29,822 nt of DNA from Pseudomonadota bacterium (GTDB taxonomy: Bacteria; Bdellovibrionota_B; Oligoflexia; Oligoflexales; RGVZ01), in assembly GCA_041178085.1 (NCBI GenBank), contig JBEGVZ010000093.1:1-29822 (forward strand), given 5' to 3'. The position numbers were made by a program, and so were the translations under genes. Positions within the stretch are counted from its first letter, which is position 1; the number at the start of each line of letters is the position of its first letter. This document shows, piece after piece, positions 1 through 7,576 of this stretch. A model generated the notes under the pieces. It made no database searches and was not told where the DNA came from. It saw only the letters and a list, made by a program, of their open reading frames with translations.

Positions 1-3
1 GCC

Positions 4-1089
4 ATGCGTTCGTCAATTCAAGACCGGATCAACCCCTATCAGGGGAAGGGCATGCCGGGGCCTGCCGCAGGGCAGGGTGCCGGGGAAAAAATCGTCAACG
101 GGGAGGTTGCCGCTTCCTTCAAGGACATCCTCATGAATTCGAACGTGGACGCCGCGAAAGAAAGGGCTTCCACCAAGAAGGGTGATCTTTCGGGGGCGAA
201 GACCGATGAGGATTTCTTCCGGATGCTCAACGAACGGAATAATCCCCAGCGAGGCCCAAAAAGCGCCCTGGACAAGGACGACTTCCTCAAGTTGTTCATT
301 GCGCAGTTGCAGAACCAGGATCCCCTGAAGCCTGAGGACAGCGCCCAGATGGCTGCCCAGTTGGCCCAGTTCAACGGGCTCGAGCAGATGCTCAACGTCA
401 ATAAGACATTAACGGAAATGCTCAAGGGACAGAACTCCAGCCGCAACTTCGGAATGCTTGATTACGTTGGCCGGGAAGTGACGATTGAGGGCGGCCTTGC
501 TCAGCTGACAGCTGGCGATGCAGGAAAAATCTCGTTCGTGATTGACCGTCCCATTTCCGGCGCATCGCTGGAAGTGCGTGATGAAAACGGCAACGTCGTC
601 GCCACAGAGGATTTGGGGCAGCTTCAAGCCGGTGAACAGGATCTCAAGTGGAGCGGCATGGGGTCAGACGGCGCGAAGCTCAAAGACGGCTCCTATACGT
701 TCTCGATCTCTGCCACTTCGGATGAAGGACAGCCAGTCCCTGTACCTGTCCAGACAAGGGTGAAGGTCCTTGGTGTTGACCTGCGTGATCCTTCCGGAGC
801 ATTCATGACGCCGGCAGGCAAAGTCCAGGCGTCTGATGTCGTCGCAGTCCGTGTCGTCGAAGAAAAGGAAAAGCCAGCGCAAATGGCCCCTGCGGCAGCG
901 CAGCCCCAGTCGCCGGAAAAGTTGCCAGAAAAGTTGCCAGAAAATTTCCCAGTTCAAGCAGCCCAGTCCCTGGGCCAGGCGTTGGCAGCATCTCTTCCGG
1001 TCACCGTGGAAAATCCTGAGATGAAAACCGGCTCCGTTCCTGTCATCATGGGCGCCAACGAGGGAGAAACAGTCGATGCTGACAATTAA
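4..1089 (+). CDS. flgD: Flagellar hook capping protein FlgD with N- and C-terminal extensions
   Basis: Contains LDKDDFLKLFIAQLQNQDPLKP and AQLAQFNGLEQM (FlgD core), then an Ig-like region (LEVRDENGNVVA...WSGMGSDG...DGSYTFSI). The start is uncertain: ATG 4 sits at the window edge and there is an alternative ATG at 52 after GGGGAAGGG. Confidence 0.93.
   Translation: MRSSIQDRINPYQGKGMPGPAAGQGAGEKIVNGEVAASFKDILMNSNVDAAKERASTKKGDLSGAKTDEDFFRMLNERNNPQRGPKSALDKDDFLKLFIAQLQNQDPLKPEDSAQMAAQLAQFNGLEQMLNVNKTLTEMLKGQNSSRNFGMLDYVGREVTIEGGLAQLTAGDAGKISFVIDRPISGASLEVRDENGNVVATEDLGQLQAGEQDLKWSGMGSDGAKLKDGSYTFSISATSDEGQPVPVPVQTRVKVLGVDLRDPSGAFMTPAGKVQASDVVAVRVVEEKEKPAQMAPAAAQPQSPEKLPEKLPENFPVQAAQSLGQALAASLPVTVENPEMKTGSVPVIMGANEGETVDADN
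913..948 (+). repeat. Three tandem 12-bp units (ccggaaaagttg/ccagaaaagttg/ccagaaaatttc) encoding PEKL-PEKL-PENF in the FlgD tail
   Basis: Read directly from the sequence; in-frame duplication. Confidence 0.85.
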
Positions 1090-1927
1090 GAGAACGACCT
1101 TTGCAGTCTTATTTCTGCTTGCATTTTCCGGTTGTCAGGTCAGACGTGTCATCAATGGCAGGACGGACGCTAACCGCAGCGCTGCCGAGGCTCCCTCCGG
1201 ATTGGATGAGGCGATTGCGGCAGGTGTTCCCGTAAAAGGCGGCCAGGGTCCCGGAGGTTCCACGGAAGGTCGTCCAGCCATCTGTGCGGAGCTTGAAAAA
1301 CCATGCGCAGGCGGCGAAAACGCAACCTTTTGCAGCTTGAAGGCAATTCCCGGGGTCAACTTCAACGAACCGTCCCGCATATACGCACATGCCAAATCCG
1401 AGTGTGAGGCACGGAATCAGGTTCTTGCGTCTGCCTGCAAGCGCGGCATCGATATCAAGGCTTTGAATGCAATCTCTTGTGAAGCAGACAAGTCAGAGGG
1501 GAAATGTCCCGTTGAGGCCGGCATCTGCATCACGTTGTACGACCCGCACAAGTGCGTGGCCGCTAAGTTTGGCGACCAGGCGCTTGCAGGGGATGCGTTG
1601 ATTGTCGGCTGGGGCGGAAATTCCTGCGTTGCGCGCGGTGATATGCGCAGATTTGCGTGTTCTCGCAATATTAACCCCGAACGTCTTGCCGACGTCTCAT
1701 GCGATCGAATGGCTAGCTTTCAGGGCGATTGTCCGCCGGTCCAGCCAGGCTGTGACGTTGCTGACAAGGTTGCCACAGCGTGCGAAGTGACACCGCCGGG
1801 TGGCGAGAAGTTGACGTCGGATGCCGAAGGCGCCTGCCTTGCCCGATTCAAGTTGGATTGGCAGCTTTGCCTTGGCGGTCATTCTCCTGCCGCTCTGGTC
1901 AACCAGATTAAGTGTGCGAAAAAATAA
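1076..1927 (+). CDS. Cys-rich lipoprotein with three 6-Cys (Kazal-like) repeats
   Basis: Signal peptide with lipobox FSGC (Cys20); 18 further Cys in three blocks with conserved spacing; GGGAG upstream of the ATG; overlaps the flgD 3' end by 14 bp. Confidence 0.8.
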   Translation: MLTIKRTTFAVLFLLAFSGCQVRRVINGRTDANRSAAEAPSGLDEAIAAGVPVKGGQGPGGSTEGRPAICAELEKPCAGGENATFCSLKAIPGVNFNEPSRIYAHAKSECEARNQVLASACKRGIDIKALNAISCEADKSEGKCPVEAGICITLYDPHKCVAAKFGDQALAGDALIVGWGGNSCVARGDMRRFACSRNINPERLADVSCDRMASFQGDCPPVQPGCDVADKVATACEVTPPGGEKLTSDAEGACLARFKLDWQLCLGGHSPAALVNQIKCAKK

Positions 1928-1945
1928 GGTGCCTGCTTCGCGACC

Positions 1946-3484
1946 TTAGCCCGGGAAAACCTCGTAAGCCGGCTGCCCAAGGTCGGCGCGGCTCACCGGC
2001 ATGTTTTCAAAAGTGACAGAGATCCCATGCTGCTGCATCGTTTTGTCGAAGAATTCGTTTTCTTCGTGCAATAACCAGTCCCGGATGTCATCCCGGACAC
2101 GTAATCGCAAATCCTTCTTGCCGCTCTGGATCGATAGCCGGACCACCTCACGGATCAGATCGTAGGATTCCGACTGGGTGCTGCGGATACGACCGCGGCC
2201 ATCGCAACAAGGACAAGGTTCCGTTAGTTGTCTTTCCAGTGATTCCGCCGTGCGCTTTCGCGTCATCTGCACCAGGCCAAGCTCGCTGATGCGCAGCACT
2301 GTGCTGCGGGCTTTGTCCTTTTTCAGTTCTTCTTGCAGCGTCTGGTAAACCTTCTCGCGATCGTCTTCCCGCTCCATGTCGATGAAGTCGATGACGATGA
2401 TGCCGCCGATGTTGCGGACACGCAGCTGGCGAACAACCTGGGAAATGGCCTCAAGGTTCGTCCTGAGGATCGTATCCCGCGCATTTTTGTGGCCGACAAA
2501 TTTTCCGGTGTTTACGTCAAACGAAGTCAGCGCCTCGGTCTGGTCGATGACGAGGTGTCCGCCTGAGGGCAATTCAATTTTCCGGCCCAGCGCCCGGCCG
2601 ATGTCCATTTCGATCCCGTACAGGTCGAAGACCGGAATCGCGGCCGTGTGTAATTCAAGCTTTTTTGCAGCGCCAGGGGTGGTGGCGTTGAGAAAGCGCT
2701 CCAGTTCGTGGAAGGCTTCCTTCTGATCAATCACGATTTTTTCAACTCCGGGTCCAAAAAGGTCGCGGGTTACCTTCCTGGTGAGGTCCAGGTCCTGGTA
2801 CAGGAGGGCTGGCGCCGATTCGCGAGGTGCACGAAGTTGGATGCGTTGCCATGAACGGACAAGATAACGCAGGTCCTTGGCCAGGCTGCGCTCGTCTGCG
2901 CCTTCGGCGGCTGTGCGGACGATCACACCGACATTTCGTGGCTTGATCGACTGGACAACCTGAAGAAGCCTTGCTCGCTCTGCCTCATCGGAAATCCTTT
3001 TTGAAATGCCGGTCTTGGTCGCCCCTGGCACCAGCACAAGATAGCGCCCGGGGATCGAGATTTGCATCGTCGCCCGTGCACCTTTGCTACCCAGTGGCTC
3101 CTTGCTTATCTGGACCAGGATTTGCTGGCCCTCTGAAAGGACTTTTTCGATCGGTGCCCGGTTGACCCGTGCGTAACGTCCGACTTCCTCGTCGGAGGGA
3201 ATGGTCTTGTCTCCTGGCTTTTCCTCTGGCTCGTCAACAGGCGCCTTCTCATCCATGTTGATGATGTCGCCGGCGTAAAGAAAGGCCGACCGGTCAGCGC
3301 CAATATCCAGAAACGCCGCCTGCATGCCGGGCAGGACCCGGTTGACTTTGGCCTTGTAGATATTTCCGACCATGGCCCGTTCGTGGTGACGCTCGATAAA
3401 GAGTTCAGTGAGGTTCTCACGCTCGAGCAGCGCGATGCGTGTTTCCACTTCGTTCACGTTGATGATCAACTGTTTTTCGAGCAT
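1946..3484 (-). CDS. rng: Ribonuclease G (Rne/Rng family)
   Basis: VGNIYKAKVNRVLPGMQAAFLDIG S1 domain, IDQTEALTSFDVNTG, NIGGIIVIDFIDM and CPCCDGRG Zn-link; 512 aa with no RNase E C-terminal scaffold. Confidence 0.93.
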   Translation of the reverse strand: MLEKQLIINVNEVETRIALLERENLTELFIERHHERAMVGNIYKAKVNRVLPGMQAAFLDIGADRSAFLYAGDIINMDEKAPVDEPEEKPGDKTIPSDEEVGRYARVNRAPIEKVLSEGQQILVQISKEPLGSKGARATMQISIPGRYLVLVPGATKTGISKRISDEAERARLLQVVQSIKPRNVGVIVRTAAEGADERSLAKDLRYLVRSWQRIQLRAPRESAPALLYQDLDLTRKVTRDLFGPGVEKIVIDQKEAFHELERFLNATTPGAAKKLELHTAAIPVFDLYGIEMDIGRALGRKIELPSGGHLVIDQTEALTSFDVNTGKFVGHKNARDTILRTNLEAISQVVRQLRVRNIGGIIVIDFIDMEREDDREKVYQTLQEELKKDKARSTVLRISELGLVQMTRKRTAESLERQLTEPCPCCDGRGRIRSTQSESYDLIREVVRLSIQSGKKDLRLRVRDDIRDWLLHEENEFFDKTMQQHGISVTFENMPVSRADLGQPAYEVFPG

Positions 3485-4812
3485 CAGCGCGGGGTCTCCA
3501 GTTTCGCGGCACCTTCAAAAAGCGTTTGCCCGATGAACCGGGCAATGCGCTGGGACGCGCCTGCGTGGGATTCAATGAATGCCTTTGTCCGGGGATCCTT
3601 GCCATCCCCCCCAGGGCTCGCGGCAGTCACACCCGCAAGCCACTTGCCAAGGTCCCCTGCGCGATCGATTGCACGCAGGATGCCGGCATCATGCATCAAG
3701 ACCGCTTCCCGGCTATTGTGCAGCCTTGGGCCGCAAGCAAGCCATGCAGACCAGGCCGCCGGTTCCAGAACGTTGTGAACCTTGTTGTGGCAGGCGCCGC
3801 CTACCCACGCGGCTGATGACAGCGCATAAAGTTCAGCCAGGCTGCCCATCACATCAACCGTTGTAAAATCTGCAGGCTGACCGGTGCTTGCTATTCCTGG
3901 CGCGCCGGACAGGCGATGCTGGTTTGCAATCGCAGCAAAGCGCGCCGTGGCGCCGCGTCCGACATGGTGCGGTACCAGCACAACAAACCAATTGTGGCGC
4001 AAACCAGGTTCGGCTGCGAATGCCTCAAAGATCAACTGGACATCCTCATCGTACACACTGCCGCAGACAAGGATGCTGCGACCAGCTGCGAGGGCAAGGA
4101 TGTCATCCCTGAGTTTGCGCGGTGGCACACTCGAGGTACGGTCAAGCACACGGTCAAACTTGGTGTCCCCTGTCGTGATGACACGTTCCTGTGGCAGTCC
4201 ATATTGATGGATGAAAAATTCGCGACTGGCATCGTCTACCGTAAAAACTGCGGAGAATTTTTTTGCCAGGTAGCCCCGTCCAGCATTTTTCCATCGTGAC
4301 CCCGGATTTCCCGCAGGCATGCCTGCGTCCACCAGAAACAGCGGGCCAGTGCTGCCCATGACATGCAGGAACGCTGGCCACCATTCGTGGCGAATCACGA
4401 CCGATGCCCTGACCGGATGATGATGGGCAAAGCGACGCCAGTTCCATGTTGTGTCAACCGGGGCAAGTGCCGCGCGACCAGGCTCCCTGCGAGCACGAAA
4501 GAAATCCAGACCGGACCGGGATAAAAAAAGGAATAAAGCGGAAATCTTGCCGTCGTCGGACAGCTTTTGCACCAGCGGCAAGGCCTGCTCGTATTCGCCG
4601 GCTGAACTACAGAAAAAAAGCATCTCTTGGCTGGTCCCCGCAGGCAAAGGTGGAAGGCGCCATGCGGACAACTCGTCGCCCGGGCCTCGTCCCTCAAATT
4701 GCCGCAGAGAATTTATCTTGAACAGGATGCGCAGAAATTGCGCGCAGCGATACAGGACAGCCAGCAACACGGAGCTCGCCAGCAAGGCGAACTGTTCCAC
4801 GGCACTGCTCAT
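3484..4812 (-). CDS. waaA: Kdo transferase (3-deoxy-D-manno-octulosonic acid transferase)
   Basis: CSSAGEYEQ, TGDTKFDRV, DVMGSLAELY and HNVLEPA motifs. Start placed at ATG 4812, which forms an ATGA overlap with the upstream GT9 stop; its own TGA overlaps the rng ATG (TGATG). Confidence 0.85.
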   Translation of the reverse strand: MSSAVEQFALLASSVLLAVLYRCAQFLRILFKINSLRQFEGRGPGDELSAWRLPPLPAGTSQEMLFFCSSAGEYEQALPLVQKLSDDGKISALFLFLSRSGLDFFRARREPGRAALAPVDTTWNWRRFAHHHPVRASVVIRHEWWPAFLHVMGSTGPLFLVDAGMPAGNPGSRWKNAGRGYLAKKFSAVFTVDDASREFFIHQYGLPQERVITTGDTKFDRVLDRTSSVPPRKLRDDILALAAGRSILVCGSVYDEDVQLIFEAFAAEPGLRHNWFVVLVPHHVGRGATARFAAIANQHRLSGAPGIASTGQPADFTTVDVMGSLAELYALSSAAWVGGACHNKVHNVLEPAAWSAWLACGPRLHNSREAVLMHDAGILRAIDRAGDLGKWLAGVTAASPGGDGKDPRTKAFIESHAGASQRIARFIGQTLFEGAAKLETPR

Positions 4813-5954
4813 GACATGTTTTCCATCAGGATCCGGGCCAGGTCCCGTGAGGCCTGGATGTGCGGGATACTCGTGAAACACAAATGATCGCCATACCGGC
4901 ACGCGGCCTTCCCGTGTTTTGAACACGGCCTGCAACCGAGGGCGACCGAATAGGCCCGGCTTTGGTCAAGATGCGGCGCAAAGCCAAAGGCCTCGGCAGT
5001 GGGCCCAAAAAAAACAAAAGCTGGTTTGCCAAGCGATTCGGCGATGTGCGCCAAAGAGGAGTCATTGCTGAGTACGGCCTGGCAGGCGTTCAGGACTGGC
5101 ACGGTCCCGCACAGGTCGGTCTTGCCGGAAAGGTCCAGCACTGGACCTGGCCACGCTGGTAGCAAAGGACTTCCTTCAAGGAGGCTCATCAGTTCCGCAC
5201 AGTCGGCTTTCTCCTGTCCAGCGCCCAGGAGAACAAGGCCCGTCCTTGAAGCGCGATCAGCAGGCAGCAAGCCGACAAGTGACTTCAGAGTCGATGCAAA
5301 CAGGCCGGCGGGAGCTTTCTTGGCCGCGTGAGCAGCCCCCGGTGCAACAGCCACCCAGGCAGTCGTGGGATCGAGCAGTTCAGACTTCGTCGGGCAAAAA
5401 AGACGGGGGCGCGGTTTGGGACCGTCGACGTCAGGAAAATCTTGTCCGTCTTTCAATCCCGCAAGGAGCCGTTCCATGGCATCGGCTGCGATACTCCATT
5501 GGGACCCTGTTTGGCGCGTGCCGTCAAAGTTCGTAAGCCAGCGGTTGATTCGAAGCGAGAGTTCAGAGCGGCCCAGGATCCGGCTTACTGAAATCATGAG
5601 CAATCGCGATGCGTATTTTTTGTCTGACCGGAAGACCGCCAAGCGCCCTCGCCTGCCAAGATTCCTGGTCAGTTTCAGCGACCGGAGGTTTCCTTGCAGG
5701 TCGAGGCATGCGTCCAGCTGCTCCGGAATGGTCCCCGGTTCGTTGATATCGTGCGTGGTGACTCCAGGCAGGAACTGCCTGATCAGGGAAAGCGAGGGTT
5801 CCTGCCCCGCCCAGTGCAAATCAAACTGCCGCCCATTTGATTTTCCCCATTTATTTAGGGAGCTTACAGCCGCAGTCGCCAGCACCACGTCGCCGATACT
5901 GGACGAACGGATGATCAGAATTCGCAGTGGGCTTGGCGTGGAGGTGTGGTTCAA
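4809..5954 (-). CDS. Glycosyltransferase family 9 (LPS heptosyltransferase, WaaF/WaaC-like)
   Basis: ILIIRSSSIGDVVL, DLQGNLRS, DLSGKTDL, SNDSSLAHIA, FFGPT and a C-terminal CRPC..C..C cluster; the TTG start is uncertain. Confidence 0.88.
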   Translation of the reverse strand: MNHTSTPSPLRILIIRSSSIGDVVLATAAVSSLNKWGKSNGRQFDLHWAGQEPSLSLIRQFLPGVTTHDINEPGTIPEQLDACLDLQGNLRSLKLTRNLGRRGRLAVFRSDKKYASRLLMISVSRILGRSELSLRINRWLTNFDGTRQTGSQWSIAADAMERLLAGLKDGQDFPDVDGPKPRPRLFCPTKSELLDPTTAWVAVAPGAAHAAKKAPAGLFASTLKSLVGLLPADRASRTGLVLLGAGQEKADCAELMSLLEGSPLLPAWPGPVLDLSGKTDLCGTVPVLNACQAVLSNDSSLAHIAESLGKPAFVFFGPTAEAFGFAPHLDQSRAYSVALGCRPCSKHGKAACRYGDHLCFTSIPHIQASRDLARILMENMS

Positions 5955-5977
5955 GGTCGCATCAAAAGCCGGGGTGG

Positions 5978-6006
5978 TTGATAAAATTGTCCTGGCCGAT
6001 TAAAAT
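5978..6006 (+). promoter_or_regulatory. Putative sigma70 promoter TTGATA-N17-TAAAAT
   Basis: -35 at 5978-5983 and -10 at 6001-6006, both 5/6 matches to consensus, in the AT-rich divergent spacer 32 bp upstream of ATG 6039. Confidence 0.65.
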
Positions 6007-6038
6007 TTAAATAAAATAATCTGGCAACTGGTAGAAAA

Positions 6039-6977
6039 ATGAACCCTCGACGTTCCTGGAAATCATTTTTCAGCACACAGCGCCATGTCAACCTGATCTA
6101 TTTCGTCGATGCTGCAAAGACGAAAACGATCCGGGTGACCATGCGCTCTGCGACGATTTTCGTTGCCTCGTCGATTTTCCTTGTTGTCTGGGCGGTTGCT
6201 GCCGGCGGCTGGATTGCGCGGCTACAGGCCAAGCAGTCTGACCTGCGTGCCGAGCTCAACAGTTCCCGGGCGGTTATTTTTGAATACCAGACCCTTCATG
6301 ATGGCGTATTTGAGCAAGCATATCCGGAGCTTAAAGATCGCAGATTTGCCGGTGCAGGGTCGCCCACAGCGGCATCCTCACAGGCGTCCCAGCCGGTGCT
6401 TGCGCTTTCTGCCGCGGCCCCGGGCGTCCAAGGTAAAAAAATGGCTGACGCCTTGGAGTCTGCGAAGACCCTCACGCGGTCAGACAGCAAATCTCCCCTT
6501 TCATTGTCCAACCCCAAGTTTATCCGCAGGAAATCTGGTCTCGAGGTCTTTTTCGACCTTCGTAACAGCGATGCTTCGACCAAGGCTGAGGGCGTCATCT
6601 GGGGCGTAGCCGCGATGGAAAGTGGCAATGGTGAAAGGATCACCGTGACAGTTCCCAGGAACCTGTCCCTCAATGGTACGGGCGATCCGAGTAATCCCGC
6701 CCAGGGTCAGCGTTTTGGAATCCGCCGGTATGCACGCAGGAGTTTCGTGTTTCCGGTGCCAGAGGCATTCGATGGCAAGGTCCTGACGGTGGAGATCGCC
6801 CTGGCCGGTAACAAGGGGCAGTACCGCTCGGCATATACAATCCCCGTCAATATGAAGTTCAGCGAGGTGGTGAAACATGATCCACCCGTGAAGGAAGAGT
6901 CTGCGGATGATGACGTCGCGCATGACCCGTCGGCGAACACGGAAGACCCCAGCCCGGCGGATGCACCGCCTGGTTGA
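6039..6977 (+). CDS. Hypothetical bitopic membrane protein (TM, coiled coil, beta-rich domain, acidic tail)
   Basis: Basic N-terminus, hydrophobic IFVASSIFLVVWAVAAGGWI, heptad-like RLQAKQSDLRAELNSSR, beta-rich C-terminal domain; preceded by a sigma70-like promoter. Confidence 0.75.
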   Translation: MNPRRSWKSFFSTQRHVNLIYFVDAAKTKTIRVTMRSATIFVASSIFLVVWAVAAGGWIARLQAKQSDLRAELNSSRAVIFEYQTLHDGVFEQAYPELKDRRFAGAGSPTAASSQASQPVLALSAAAPGVQGKKMADALESAKTLTRSDSKSPLSLSNPKFIRRKSGLEVFFDLRNSDASTKAEGVIWGVAAMESGNGERITVTVPRNLSLNGTGDPSNPAQGQRFGIRRYARRSFVFPVPEAFDGKVLTVEIALAGNKGQYRSAYTIPVNMKFSEVVKHDPPVKEESADDDVAHDPSANTEDPSPADAPPG

Positions 6978-6991
6978 CCCAGGCGGCCGGG

Positions 6992-7020
6992 GTGACGAAG
7001 CCGCGCCTTCGGGGTAACAT
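6992..7020 (+). promoter_or_regulatory. Possible sigma70 promoter GTGACG-N17-TAACAT
   Basis: 4/6 and 4/6 matches with 17-bp spacing, 50 bp upstream of ATG 7071. Confidence 0.35.
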
Positions 7021-7070
7021 TTTTGGAGCAATCCAGAAAACCGGCAATAATTCCCCCGGGAGGTTGTCAG

Positions 7071-7502
7071 ATGCGCATCCTTATAGCCTGTGCTGTCCTC
7101 GCTCTGGGCAGCGCTTGTTCAACGACCCTGTCAGGACGGCTGGAAGGCCCGGAACTCGGCGCTGATTCCTTGCGTGATGCAAGGGTTAACGTCACCCGGC
7201 TTGATGCGGCGGCTGATGACCAGTCGTCTTCGCAAGACGGACCTGTGGCTTACATCCTTGTTCCGTCCTCTGATGGTTCGTTCTCCAGTTCAGAAAGCCT
7301 GCCAGAGGGACGCTACCTGGTAGAAGCCCTGGTTCCTGGTTACGAACCGGTATCGGAGCAGCTCCAGCTCGATTCGTCGAAGAAAATCACTTTGAACCTG
7401 AAGCCAACAGGGCAGGCCAAGGCTCGCTCTACGGATTACAACGCGGACCCATCGGCAAGCCGTGGTGAAGGCAGTGCAGTTTTGACCTTGCCGCAATTCT
7501 AG
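7071..7502 (+). CDS. Small lipoprotein with carboxypeptidase-regulatory-like beta-sandwich
   Basis: GGAGG RBS before ATG 7071; signal peptide ending LGSAC; TLSGRL...SSDGSFS...LPEGRYLVEALVPGYEP pattern. Confidence 0.8.
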   Translation: MRILIACAVLALGSACSTTLSGRLEGPELGADSLRDARVNVTRLDAAADDQSSSQDGPVAYILVPSSDGSFSSSESLPEGRYLVEALVPGYEPVSEQLQLDSSKKITLNLKPTGQAKARSTDYNADPSASRGEGSAVLTLPQF

Positions 7503-7576
7503 TCACCCGCTCTTATTTGTGGAGTGAAACCATGCACCGGTTCCTGAATCCTTCCCCCATCCGTTCGCTGTTTTAC

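Noticed and set aside
4813..4935. N-terminal extension of the waaA ORF as given in the ORF track
   Set aside because: It overlaps the GT9 coding region; ATG 4812 gives a classic ATGA coupling and an N-terminal TM helix.
5007..5014. A8 run in GT9 (plus A7 runs at 4523 and 4613 in waaA) as phase-variation tracts
   Set aside because: The runs are short, encode ordinary Phe/Leu/Val codons on the minus strand, and the frames are intact.
5995..6002. GCCGATTA as a sigma28 -10 element
   Set aside because: No TAAA at the required 15-bp spacing; a sigma70 match explains the region better.
6975..7025. GC-rich imperfect hairpin after TGA as a terminator or SECIS/readthrough signal
   Set aside because: The stem is bulged and separated from the T-run, and a second in-frame TGA follows five codons later.
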